Source: Candidatus Saccharimonadota bacterium
GTDB taxonomy: Bacteria > Patescibacteriota > Gracilibacteria > BD1-5 > UBA2023
DNA length: 32,000 bases
Reading direction: 5' to 3'
Assembly: GCA_963706795.1 (NCBI GenBank)
Contig: OY970170.1
Coordinates: 300,001 to 332,000, forward strand
In this document: positions 1-10,955 of the stretch, one piece after another
How the letters are laid out: the number at the start of each line of letters is the position of its first letter
Numbering within the stretch: the stretch's first letter is position 1
Translations under genes and position numbers: made by a program
The notes under the pieces: model-generated
What the model saw: the letters and a program-made list of their open reading frames with translations, nothing else
What the model was told of the DNA's origin: nothing
The model's database searches: none

Positions 1-1284
1 GAGTGCGCCTGTCTCACTATAAATCGATCGAAATACCTGTGTATTTTGCAAGAAATCAGTCGATCTAAAGTCATAACTCTTTGAGCCTGTCATCGCGAGA
101 TTCCCACCAACTGGTGTAATAGAACCCGAAAACGTCACCTTGTAGTCACTCGAATACGCGAGTCCTGGACTCGAGTTCTTTACAATAAGAAATCTGCGTC
201 CCGCATCAGCTGCACCGTTTTCTGTTACCGCAGTCACTCCAATGTCCTTTCCAAATTCTGTAACATGCAAGAGAGGAATAAGATCTGCCGTCTTCACTGG
301 CGTATTAAAACTGAGTGGAATCCCCTTCAATGGAGAAAAATTCTGTGAAGGAGTTAACACTTCGAGTCTTGGAGTCTCAAAAGTAGCAGTTTTCGTCTCG
401 GAAAGTGGATAAAGTAAACCTTCTCTGGAAGCTACCTTAATATCAAATTTTGTCGCGTATGGAAGTGGATTTGTTGGCACAAATTCAAGAATCGATCCAT
501 TCGTCCAATTACATTTTCATTCCACTGCCGGAGTAATCTCGAGCGGACATGGCAGCGCATCTTTATTCGCCAAACTCGCAAGCGGAATCATTGGAATATT
601 AAAAAGCACAACGATATTTTTACTCACATTTGCAAGTCGCCCATCAGGCATGATGCGCATAGCTTTTGCTCCAGCGATTGCCTCTATCTCGTAGGTGATA
701 TCCTGTCCGAGCTTTGTTCCGTATTTGGATTTAATATCGCCTGAGAGAGTAATCGTGTAGTGATCTCCGATTTTAAGCTTGTTCGAGAGTTTGTAAGAGA
801 TGATATTCCCATCTTTGAGAGAAGCTTCTCCTGCTACATATGGTGCAAATCGGACACTTTCTTTGGTGATCGAACCCGCATCGAGTTCTTTCGAAAATGT
901 AATATCGATCGATGGTACGTCGTATGGAATCTTTTTGTATTCAAAGCTCCAATTACCAGCTACCACCGAAGGCGCAGCCAGGAAATATTGAGCACCAAAT
1001 ATTCCGACAGCCACAACAACAATCGCGGCAAATGCTCCAGAATATATCTTGGTATGTGCCATAAAGTTAGCACGAATCCGAGCAAAGAAGCCTTCGCCCT
1101 TTTTGATCTGAATGCCATCTTTAAGAAGCTCTTCTTTGAGCTTCATCGCAAATTGCTGGTCGAATTTTGTATCGGGTTTTTCGGCAAGCAGGGTTTTGAT
1201 GGCTTTCATAATTTCTTTTTTATGATCGGCGAGAGACGGGTCTACAGCGACGAGCTCTTCAAAGATTTTTGCAGCTGATTTCAT
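1..1284 (-). CDS. Single-pass membrane protein, putative anti-sigma factor with a large extracytoplasmic beta-rich/Ig-like region. The 3' end runs off the window.
   Basis: The ATG at 1284 lies 2 nt after the sigma-factor stop. The ORF-track fragment 517..1284 ends at TGA (517-519, minus). I checked every plus-strand triplet in this frame from 516 down to base 1 and found no TAA or TAG. There is one TM segment (YSGAFAAIVVVAVGIFGAQYFL) after a ~75-aa cytoplasmic head. The anti-sigma role is inferred from position only. Confidence 0.6.
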
Positions 1285-1286
1285 AT

Positions 1287-1841
1287 CTAAAAAAGGAAAA
1301 AGAAGAGGAACATAGCAATATTCGCCGCAATTTTTGCGAGCGTTCGAGAGATGATTTTTTTGACGTTTGAAAGGGATTCACCACTGATTTCTGCGATTTC
1401 TGCATATTTGAGATCGTCCCAAACTGCCATGAGCACAATGTCCTTATCTCGCACCGGAAGGGTTTCGAGATAAGCAAGGACTTTACCAAGACGCTCTTTT
1501 GCATCTATCGCACTTGCGTGGTCAGTCTGCTCTCCGAGAGACTCAGCGTGATCATCGAGTTCTTCATGCTGCTTGAGAGTTCGAGAGCGATCGACAATCG
1601 TGTTATACGCAATCCGAAAAAGCCACGACGCGAGTTCGGATTCGGACGAGCCACCAAAGCTTTCAAATGATTTCAGCGCTTTATAAAACGTATCCGAGGC
1701 AATTTCTTCGGAAGCGTCTCGATCGAATGTTCGATAGAACGCAAAATCGTAAATACGCTTGATAAAGGAATCATAGATTATCCCAAAAGATTCTCTATCT
1801 CCTGCGCGAAAAGATTCGATGGCAGACTCTAATTTTTGCAT
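1287..1841 (-). CDS. Sigma-70 family, ECF-type RNA polymerase sigma factor (184 aa)
   Basis: A region-2-like segment (RIYDFAFYRT...WLFRIAYNTIVDRSR) and a region-4 HTH (LPVRDKDIVLMAVWDDLKYAEIAEISGESLSNVKKIISRTLAKI) are present. I took the start at the internal ATG (MQKLESAIE). The stop is a true TAG at 1287-1289. Confidence 0.8.
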   Translation of the reverse strand: MQKLESAIESFRAGDRESFGIIYDSFIKRIYDFAFYRTFDRDASEEIASDTFYKALKSFESFGGSSESELASWLFRIAYNTIVDRSRTLKQHEELDDHAESLGEQTDHASAIDAKERLGKVLAYLETLPVRDKDIVLMAVWDDLKYAEIAEISGESLSNVKKIISRTLAKIAANIAMFLFFFLF

Positions 1842-1967
1842 AACCAGAAAACAAAGTGATGAATACCAAAGCCTATAACGAACACCCAAAAATAAGGTGA
1901 CAATTTAAAGTTAGTTTCATCTCTTTACTTGTTTTTGCAAAGATAAAATCTCACAGATAGCTTCCGA

Positions 1968-1995
1968 TTGATTCTCCTATATAAATCACTATGCT
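1968..1995 (+). promoter_or_regulatory. Candidate sigma-70-type promoter for the toxin-antitoxin/mutY/PBP unit
   Basis: TTGATT (1968-1973), a 16-nt spacer, then TATGCT (1990-1995), about 19 nt upstream of the ATG at 2014. This is pattern match only. Confidence 0.25.
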
Positions 1996-2013
1996 ATGTG
2001 CATATAAATTGCT

Positions 2014-2178
2014 ATGACCACAATAACAATCGATACTCCCATAGATCTACCAAAGACTCATTTTCATGATATGAATGAGCTTTCTAAGGTGCTTTTGCAA
2101 TGGCAGTTCGAAACCGAACTCGAAGCCAGTGTGGCAAAAAATGCTCAGGCTCCACTCTCTGATTTTGTGCGCATATAG
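2014..2178 (+). CDS. Small protein (54 aa), putative antitoxin of the adjacent RelE/ParE-like toxin
   Basis: Not in the ORF track because it is under 60 aa. ATG at 2014, TAG at 2176-2178, and 2 nt before the toxin ATG. Translation: MTTITIDTPIDLPKTHFHDMNELSKVLLQWQFETELEASVAKNAQAPLSDFVRI. The role is inferred from position and size. Confidence 0.45.
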   Translation: MTTITIDTPIDLPKTHFHDMNELSKVLLQWQFETELEASVAKNAQAPLSDFVRI

Positions 2179-2180
2179 TT

Positions 2181-2444
2181 ATGTTCTGCGACGATATACT
2201 CGAATCAAAAGAGGTAGTAGAATACCTTACAAAGAGAAATATCCTTGAGCCCTACAAGAAGGCTCGATCGTTTTTACTCGCAGGATTTCCCCAAAAATTC
2301 GACTTCAAGCTTCGTAAACCAAAAACTGCACAAGTCTACCAATTTCGAATCAACCAAAAATACCGAGCATTCTGATTTTTCAGAGAAGAGAGCGGCAAAA
2401 AAATCTTTATCGTTACAAAGATTTCCGATCATCAAGATTTTTAA
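2181..2444 (+). CDS. RelE/ParE-superfamily type II toxin (87 aa)
   Basis: ORF 2181..2375 ends at TGA. Read-through gives ...YQFRINQKYRAF-G-FFREESGKKIFIVTKISDHQDF with a TAA at 2442-2444. The pattern 'R-I-n-x-x-Y-R-a-x-G ... I-x-x-H-x-D' is the usual RelE/ParE C-terminal signature. Confidence 0.65.
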
Positions 2445-3454
2445 TGGAAATGAAAACTTTCCCCTACGACCTGCTTCTTGCTTGGCATGAGAAAAATGGT
2501 AGGCACGATCTCCCGTGGAGAAACTTTAAAAACAAGAGCGAGAAGGCTCGTGGATATGAAGTTTGGCTCTCAGAAATCATCCTCCAACAAACACAAGTGG
2601 ACCGCGGACACGAGTATTTTTTGCGTATTCTCGAAGCCTTTCCCACAGTCGAATCGCTCGCAGAGACGCCATATGAAACCTTCTTCTCATATTATAAATG
2701 ACTCGGATATTATTCGAGGGCACGCAACATGCTGAAGGCCGCAGAAATAGTGAGCCGGCAGTTTGGTGGAATATTTCCAAAAGAGACAGCCGAACTCGTA
2801 ACACTTCCCTGAGTTGGACCATATACGGCTGAGGCAATTCGAGCTTTTGCCTATGAAATCCCAACGCTTTCTTTTGATACCAATCTTGAGAAGGTTTTTG
2901 CACGTTACTACCATGGCTCGCGTTTTTTAAAGCTCTCTCAGGACGAAAAATCCGAGATCCTCAAGGCTTTTATCGCGAGTAGCAAATCGGCACGAGCAAT
3001 CAACTGAGCACTTATGGATTTTGCTTCTGCTTGCTCAAATAACCGTAAGACACTGGTCGATTTTGAGAATTATCCACTCAAAGATTGTCTCTTTTTTGAG
3101 ACGCAATGAGCCCTCGAAATCGAAACCCCAAAAATCAAAGCATACTTTCCTACAAAAGACGCGCAGATTGTGGTGATCATCCATGTCGATCATAGGAAAT
3201 ATTTTTCGGTACACAAAGATCATTATGCGCCTTTTGTGCTACCGGCAAGCGATGATGATACGCGCCATTTTGTGCAGGCATATTTTGAGAAGCATTACTC
3301 TCTCGAGCTCTCAGTTCGTCCAATTCACCTCAAAGAATACCGAGACAATAAGCCCTTTGTATTTGTTCATGCTCAGGTTCAGCGATGAGCGCATAATTTT
3401 GAATCCTTCGACAAACAAGCAAAAGACGAAGGGCTCGCAAAACTCGCGTACTAG
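2444..3454 (+). CDS. mutY: A/G-specific adenine DNA glycosylase (MutY), 336 aa
   Basis: Motifs seen: WLSEIILQQTQV (catalytic Glu), YYK-G-LGYYSRARN with the Gly at TGA 2699-2701, HhH-GPD LP-G-VGPYTAEAI with the Gly at TGA 2810-2812, and the FDTN Asp. A C-terminal MutT-like domain is present. The start ATG overlaps the toxin stop (TAATG). Five in-frame TGA codons; stop TAG at 3452-3454. Confidence 0.85.
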
Positions 3455-3509
3455 GTTTTGTCACCTTTTTGAATAGGATTCGTTTTTGGAAGAGTAGCTC
3501 ATTATATTC

Positions 3510-5543
3510 ATGCCACATTTCTCCAAACGATTACAAAAGATTGCCTTCATTTTTGGAGGAATTTGAGCGTTGCTACTCGTGGCATTTTTGGGTGTGAAAT
3601 ATTTCCTGCCCTACAACATTCCTCCACTTCCCGAATCCGACATCTATACCGATCGCACCGGCAAAGAAATCGCAGAAGTCGCTTACGAATCAAAAATCCG
3701 ACATCAGGATTTGAGCTTTGATGAGATTCCTATTTTTTATCGCGACGCACTCGTAGCACTCGAGGATCGATCTTTTTGGGATAACCAAGGCATCAGCCTC
3801 AAAGGAATTATCCGAAGCACCGTTGCAAATCTCAGCACCGGACAATTTGTCCAATGAGGTTCAACGATCACCAGCCAGCTCGTCCGCAATATCGAATGAG
3901 TCGAAAAATCGAGATCCTTCGGCAGAAAAATCCTCGAATTTATTTACGCAATTCGAGTCACAGGCAAATATAGCAAACAAGAAATCCTCACTGCGTACAT
4001 CAATCGCGTCGCCTATGGCCGGCTCAGTTACGGACTCGCAAGTGCAGCTAAGGTATATTTTGCCAAAACACCAAATACACTCACAAAGGCCGAGCAAATA
4101 GCCCTTCTCATCCTGCCACGCAATCCTCGGGCCTACGACCCAAAGCAAGAGGGTGAGGCATTCAGGGCTCGTTTTGAGATGGTAACCCACATGCTCGAAC
4201 AAGAGTACATCATCACCGAAACCGAAGCTGCGAGTATTCTCGCTGAACCACTTGCATATCGCAAAAGTCCAAATTCTCTTCCATACGTCATAGACTTTTT
4301 AGAGAAGAATTCTATTCCTCCTGGCCCAACAACATTCGATATTGATTTTACGAGCCACATTGATGATCTCGCCAAGAGCGTACTTATGGAAATTGGATGG
4401 AAAAATGTTACGGATTATGGCGTGATTATCGCTGATCGAGATACGAATGAGCTCAGAACCATGATTGGCTGAGTGAGTTATTCAAATAGTGAAAATGGCC
4501 AAGTAAATGCCGCGCTCGCCCCACGGCAAGTATGATCGACACTCAAACCATTCATCTATCTCCTTGCTGCACGCGATTTTGGAATTACCGCAAATGACAG
4601 CGTACTCGACTTGCCTGTTTCATATAAAACAGCCGATGATTACAGCTATGAACCAAAAAACTATTCAAAGGATTTCAAAGGCATCATCACCTATGCCGAA
4701 GCCCTCGCCGAGAGCGTAAATATTCCCGCTGTCACTACGCTTGAAAAAGTCGGCATTCAAAAATTGCTCGATTTTTTACATACTCTCGGAGTACAATCAC
4801 TCACTGACACCCCCGAACATTACGGCCTTTCACTCGCTCTTGGAAGCGGAGAAATCTCACTCTTTGAGCTTACTCAGGCATATAGTATTTTTTCAAATGG
4901 AGGATCATATTGCGCATTTGTCACCCAACCCTCAAAAACCAAAAACTGCGAACCTCGAGTCGACAAAAAATATACCGATATCATCGAGTCCATTCTCACC
5001 AGTCGCGAGAACAAAATGCGAAGCTTCCCAATCAATAGTGCACTCGATTTCTCAGATCGCAAAGTCTTTGTAAAGACAGGAACTTCGCGTAATTTTAGAG
5101 ATAACTGGGCAGTCGGATATACCGATCACTACCTCATCGGCGTCTGGAGCGGTAACAAAAATGCCGAAAATATGAAGGGTGTCTCTGGGGCCACAGGAGC
5201 GTGAGAAATCTTCGCCCGAATTGTTCGCGATCTCGAACCGATAAATGACCACATCGTACCAGAAGTCGCAGCCCAAAATATGACTGAATTTATTAGCATT
5301 GTCTCACCCCTAAACGGATCCGTATACCGCATGGAATCTTCTCGACCAGCCGAGCTCCAAACTCTCAAACTCACGAGCAAAACAAATATCGCTCACGACG
5401 ATGAAACATGGTATCTCGACAACAAAAAAGTGGAATGAAAATTCATCCCACTCAGTCTTTGAGAACATATAATTAGATACGAAATCCTCCGCGACAATCA
5501 GATTATAAAGAGCACCGAAACACGCTACCGCGTCGAGGAATAA
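3510..5543 (+). CDS. Class A penicillin-binding protein (bifunctional GT51 transglycosylase / transpeptidase), 677 aa
   Basis: The N-terminal TM segment includes a TGA-Gly. GT51 motifs: EDRSFWDNQGIS and Q-G-GSTITSQL with the first Gly at TGA 3855-3857. Transpeptidase motifs: V-G-STLKPF (SxxK, Gly at TGA 4533-4535), SxN-like region and KTGTS. Four ORF-track fragments (3570.., 4179.., 4611..) share one frame. Stop TAA at 5541-5543. Confidence 0.88.
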
Positions 5544-7927
5544 CTCACGAGTTTACGAGTCAGAAATACTCCAAGTATTCCCGTCCCAAGAATGAGAACA
5601 CCAATAGCAATCACGAACGCCGAGGGCGAAAACTTCATGAATGTCATCTTAGAAAGCACATAGAAGAATACTCCTATTCCCAGCGAAAAAACCAAGATCG
5701 CACAGAGTCAGATAAGCACCTGTGCACTTGTACGAAGGGATATCTGAATCTGCGACTTTGTTGCTCCAAAAAGTCCATAGAGTCTCGACTTCAAGCGTGT
5801 ACTTTGCTCGAGCGAAGAAAAGAGCGTCATCACCGCGAGGACTGCAAACACGGTAATAAAAACGAGGAAAAGCGAAAGAACTGAGAGAATCTTGTTTGAA
5901 ATCGTTCTCACTACCTCGAGGATCGATGCCACATCCACAAAAGTAACATGTGGACCAGTTGCGGTAAGCATGGCTTTTTTGAAGTATTCGACGTCTTTGG
6001 TATTTGTGGCCAAAAAATATGTCTTTGGTGCTTGTTCAAATGCCGCAGCATTCACCTGGAAATAAAAGAATGGCCGGAAGCCGCGCTCATTCGTCTCTCG
6101 TACTCCCGAGATAGTGAGATCAAAGCTTCTTCCTGATATCAAGAATGTAATCCGATCTCCAAGATCTACCCCAAGTCGTTCGGCAAAACCTGCATCTATG
6201 GTGACTGATTTTGGATCATTTGCCTTTGTTCAGCGCAAAATACGGACGTCATCTAATGGATTTGTTGTGATCGAAAATTCGCGCGTGAGATCACTGCTTG
6301 GATCTTTTTCTCCAGTATGCTGTTCAAGCGGTTTATCATTTACTGACGAAATTCGTGCCCGAATGATACTAAAAAGCTCATCTTTCGGGAATGCCTGAAC
6401 GACCTTCGCGCGATCGGATTCGAGGATATTCATCGCATAGATATTTGTGTCATCCGCCACACTGAGCACCAATCTATCCTGAAAAGTGAGGGAAATCGCC
6501 AAAAACACAAACACAGAAACAAGCGCCGTTGTAAGCGTCAAAGTCACCACGCTCGCCGGCATATTCGGCCGCACGAGTGAACGAAAACCATCAAACCGAA
6601 AAAATGTTCCCATCCGCAGCGACTGACTCCTTCGAAACATCCATCTAAAAATCCCTCTAAGCACAAAGAGCAAAATCAATATCCCAACAAGGAGAATCAC
6701 AGTAATGACGCCCGCTCTCAATGCTGTCTCAAATATCAAATAAAGAAGGGCAAAAAGCGAACCTATCGCGAGTCCAATCGTCAGATAAAAGAAGGCTTTT
6801 TTTGTAATAATTCCCTTGCTCGAGAGTGCACTCAGTGGAGATTCCGAAACAAATCGAGCTACCGATGGCACAATCGTCGCCACCACCAAAAGTCCTGCCA
6901 CTTCAGCTGTAAAGAGCAACGGCGAAACTAAAAAGACAAAATCCTTCGCCTCTTTAAAACTGCTCACGAAATACATAAATGAGACACCAATGCCCACAGA
7001 GAGCCCCAGACTCAAAAGCAATAATCCCAGATACAATCATCCAAGTAAAAAATATTTTTTACCCTTTGTGAGCCCTAAAAGCCCCAGTACTCCAAATGAT
7101 CGTCGCAGCTTTAAAAGCAATGTCTCATTCGCGCTATAGAGCGTAATCGCCGAAAACAATATCGAGATTACCAGCACAAGAAGCGTATACCTCGAGAGTT
7201 CATCTACCGCATTCGTCGCACGATTTGCATTTGAGCGATAAGATTTGATTTGGTATTTTTTGAGCGCAGGATCAGTCCTGAGTTTCGCATAGAGACTATC
7301 CGTAATTGCATCGCTCGGGAGCTTTAACAACAGTGTCGTCTGTGCCCGAGCACCCCGCGAGAGAAGCGTTGTTCCTGAGATTAATTCCTTTGGAAGAATG
7401 ACAATATTCCCCTCATCCCCAAACGAAAATCCCGTTTCACTCGTCTCAATAATTCGCTTTGCGATAGGCACTTTAAGCGTATCGATCGCGATCGTACCTC
7501 CGGATTCAAATCGATTAATCGTCGGTACATTTGCCATTGCCGATCAGGTTCTTGAGGGAATATCCTCAGTACGAAGCACGGAATATAACGGATATTTACC
7601 ATCTACTGCAATCACACGAACCAATCCAGTTTTGCCTTCTTTATCAAAAATCGTGGTATAAAAATCGGTCTTTTCAGCGAATTCATACTCGACTCATACG
7701 AGCTTATCCGCCAAGATTTTTTGAAGCGAACCTGTCATCATATCACTCGTCGAGATTGCGATATCCGCACCCAAAAACGGACGCGATTCGCGAGCTACGG
7801 TGAGCTCAACATTATCCGTAAGTTCTTTGGTGATCAAAAAACCCGCAAATGCCAGCGTAAAAACCACAAGCATCCGAATGATGGATTTTGGATCAGCAGA
7901 GAGAAGTGTTCGAAAAAGCGAAAACAT
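5525..7927 (-). CDS. Large FtsX/MacB-type ABC transporter permease (YbbP-like, two FtsX domains), 800 aa
   Basis: ORF fragments 7694..7927, 7037..7537, 6230..7036 and 5708..6142 are all in one frame and are joined by TGA codons. I translated the linking segments and they are open. The extracytoplasmic segment contains VDGKYPLYS, and multiple TM helices are present. Stop TAG at 5525-5527. Confidence 0.8.
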
Positions 7928-8010
7928 AGGCAGAGTTCAAAGAATTGCAGACTAGCCATTTTCGCAAGTTTTGAGAGAATCACAAATCAAAAACATCAGG
8001 CCTCTCAAAT

Positions 8011-8337
8011 CTATTCTCTATTCTCAGTACGATACTCTACCCACAGCCTATTCTCAGTCACAAAATACATATCCGCAGCACGATCAGGATGAGCCCAAAC
8101 CACCACGGGAATCAGAGCGATATTCGCTGCTCGCATCTGCCTAAATTTTACAATCTCCTCCGCCCGAAACTCCACAAACGCGCCCGAAAAATCCCCACGA
8201 AAATACGCCCGCTCAGGATAATACCCCAGTCACAACATCGCAAGAATAGTCTGACTATGTATCTCCAAGGCTCCAAGCACATATTCTTGTGCATCTCACG
8301 ATCCAAACAGATCAAGAATGTTCTCAAATTCGTCCAT
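8011..8337 (-). CDS. Hypothetical protein (108 aa)
   Basis: Not in the ORF track because two in-frame TGA codons break it. Translation: MDEFENILDLFGSGDAQEYVLGALEIHSQTILAMLGLGYYPERAYFRGDFSGAFVEFRAEEIVKFRQMRAANIALIPVVVWAHPDRAADMYFVTENRLWVEYRTENRE. No family recognised. Confidence 0.4.
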
Positions 8338-8464
8338 CGTCCTGAATATCAAAATATGTACAGGAAGTATCTCAAAATGACGAACGAAAAAAACGGAAGA
8401 ATCTACGAAAAGTACTATTTGGACAATTGTTTTGTGTTGCTATTGGGTCAAGTATTTTACGTTA

Positions 8465-9514
8465 CTACAGTACTGTATGAGTATATGTATGTAGTACCTT
8501 AGATCATCGATCAGCAATAGTAGACTTAGATCGAATAACTACGATATTTTTAATGCTCGACTCGATCGCGCCCTGGCACACAATTCTCTCTTGGATATAT
8601 TTAATTGTTTCACGCAATCCAGCCTCAAGATGAATTTTAGGTTCCCATCAAAGCTTTTCTTTTGCAAGACTCGTATCAGCTCGCCGCTTTTTTGGATCAT
8701 CGGGTGGGAGAGCCTGATATACTAATTTGCTCGTGCTTTGAGGAATGAGTCTCAGAATTAACTCTGCAAGTTCCAGCATAGTAAATTCGAAAGATGTTCA
8801 AATATTTACTGGCCCCGTAAAATCGGTGGCATTATCCATCATTCGTATCATTCCATCTATAAGGTCTGTCACATATTGAAAACTTCTCGTTTGTAAGCCA
8901 TCGCCGTATATTGTAATGTCTTCATTTTTCAAGGCTTGTGTAATGAAGTTACTGATTACCCTACCATCCTCAGGATGCATATTTGGTCAGTAAGTATTGA
9001 ATATTCGAACAATCCGAGTACGTGTCCCATATTCGCGACTATAATCAGTGAACAATGTTTCTGATATGCGCTTCCCCTCATCATAACAACTTCTCCGGCC
9101 CACAGGATTTACATTTCACCAGTAGGATTCGCACTGTGGTTGAATCAAGGGATCTCCATAGACTTCCGATGTTGAAGCTTGTAATATTTTTGCTTTCACT
9201 TTAGTAGCTAAATCAAGCATATGAATTGCTCCGAGAATTGAAGTTTTGGCGGTCTCAACTGGATTTTTTTGGTAGTATGACGGGGAAGCAGGACAAGCAA
9301 GATTATATATCTCATCTACCTGCATCCAAAATGGCTGAGTGACGTCATGCAGCAAAAATGTAAAACGCGGATTCTTAAGGAAATCGTATATATTTTCCTT
9401 ATTTCCAGTGTATAAATTATCCAAGCAAATAATTTCATGCCCCTTGTTCAAAAGCGCCCTACAAAGGTGTGATCCTATAAATCCAGCACCTCACGTAATT
9501 AAGATTTTTTTCAT
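8465..9514 (-). CDS. UDP-glucuronate decarboxylase (UDP-xylose synthase)-like extended SDR, 349 aa
   Basis: [17 protein letters not shown] Rossmann motif with the Gly at TGA 9491-9493. Also [61 protein letters not shown] and [23 protein letters not shown]. The fragments 9116..9451 and 8798..8980 share a frame. Confidence 0.8.
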
Positions 9515-9542
9515 AGAATAAACTGCTAGATAATCTCCTTAT

Positions 9543-10478
9543 TTAAGAGCTTCTTACTACATTCTTGATTCATTCGTACAAGGATATTGATGATTTCCAA
9601 TCTAGCATTTCAAGAGTATGTGATATATCAGCACAGTATTGATCTATTTCGCACGGCCTCTTAAGGCATTGACGAAGTATTGATGATGATCCTGTTATCT
9701 CAAGTATTGTCTTTGCAAGTAATTGTAATGATGTTTGAGTAGAGCTTCCTATATTGAAGATTTGTCCACTACTTTTGCTATTTTCCATACAACGAATGAT
9801 TGCATCTACAGTGTCAGTTATATATACGAAATCGATTATTTTTTCCCCAAACAGATCTATTGGCAATCCTTTGAGTGCGCGTTCTACAAACATTGGAATT
9901 ACTCTGTCCTTATCTCAAGCTCAATAGACGTTTGAAAATCGAAGAATGGTATAGTTTAGTCAGAATTGTTTCGATGTAGCTAGTATGAATTTCTCATTTG
10001 CAGCCTTTGATATTCCGTAAGGATTTTCAGGCTTAATTGCTGCATGGATGGATACAGGGAGAATTTCAGCTCTTCCATATACTTCTCGCGAAGAAGAGAA
10101 AATAATCTTTTTTCCTTGTTTCGCAGATGCCATGATCACATTTTCTGTCCCTGTAATATTATATTTGAATGTCGTCTCTGGATAATCAATGGATGTCATT
10201 ACTTGTGAAATTCCAGCAAGATGAACCACAATATCACTCTCAGTCACAAGTTTTTCAATAAGACTCGTGTCCAATATATCTCCCTGCACCGAACGAAAAT
10301 TCTGTAGTTCTGTTACGGGTAAAAAAATGGTGAGCTCAGCACTGCTCCATCTGTATGAGTTATCTAACGATATGACCGAGTATTGTTTCTCTAGTAGGCA
10401 TTTTATTAGATGTCGCCCAATGAATCCATTTCCTCCAGTAACAAGTATCGTTTTTTTAATTTTCATAGCATTGTCCAA
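9543..10478 (-). CDS. NAD-dependent sugar epimerase/dehydratase (extended SDR), ~311 aa
   Basis: Motifs: ILVTGGNGFIGRHL, SSSREVYG, YGISKAANE (YxxxK) and LRFSNVY-G-A-G-. The fragments 9960..10478 and 9570..9893 share a frame across TGA codons. Stop TAA at 9543-9545. An alternative start is the ATG at 10466 (MKIKK). Confidence 0.8.
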
Positions 10479-10496
10479 ATTAGAAGACAGTACACT

Positions 10497-10943
10497 CTAT
10501 GAATCAAGATCTTCGGTATTTCACAGTATCGCTTTTTCTATCATTGGTCTCGCAATAGGTGAGATTTCAATGTCAGACAGTCTAGATATATCAATGAATT
10601 CTGCACCTAGAGAATCTTGTCCGTCTGGATCTACCTTTATTGCGTCACATGAAATTGAAACGGAATAGTAGAATCAAATGTGATGGAAGTTTTTTGATTC
10701 CTGCTGTTGATTTGTGTATTCACATACATATTCATTTATTCACAAGAATACACTCGAATCTGTATTTGCTCAGGTTTCTTCGAGTATTTCTCGTTTCAAA
10801 CAATTCTCTATACTTTCTCAGAATTCTATTCCTCCACCCGGTAAATCGTACATTCCACGATACGGACCGCGGGCTTTTTTGATAAGAAGAATCTGAGCAT
10901 TTTGTATATATACTCCGTATACTCCAGTGTAAATAGGGTTCAT
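10497..10943 (-). CDS. NUDIX hydrolase (148 aa)
   Basis: Absent from the ORF track because it is broken by five TGA codons. The Nudix box reads GGIEF-G-ESIENCLKREILEET-G-A, and both conserved Gly positions are TGA. Stop TAG at 10497-10499. Confidence 0.8.
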
Positions 10944-10955
10944 ATTTAAAGATGA

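Noticed and set aside
760-1278. A 172-aa plus-strand ORF, with similar plus-strand ORFs at 6114..6398, 6816..7139, 7721..8092, 8089..8502, 10267..10668, 14461..14849 and 23711..24025.
   Set aside because: They lie antisense to well-supported minus-strand genes, have low-complexity or odd composition, and show no motifs. I treat them as shadow ORFs.
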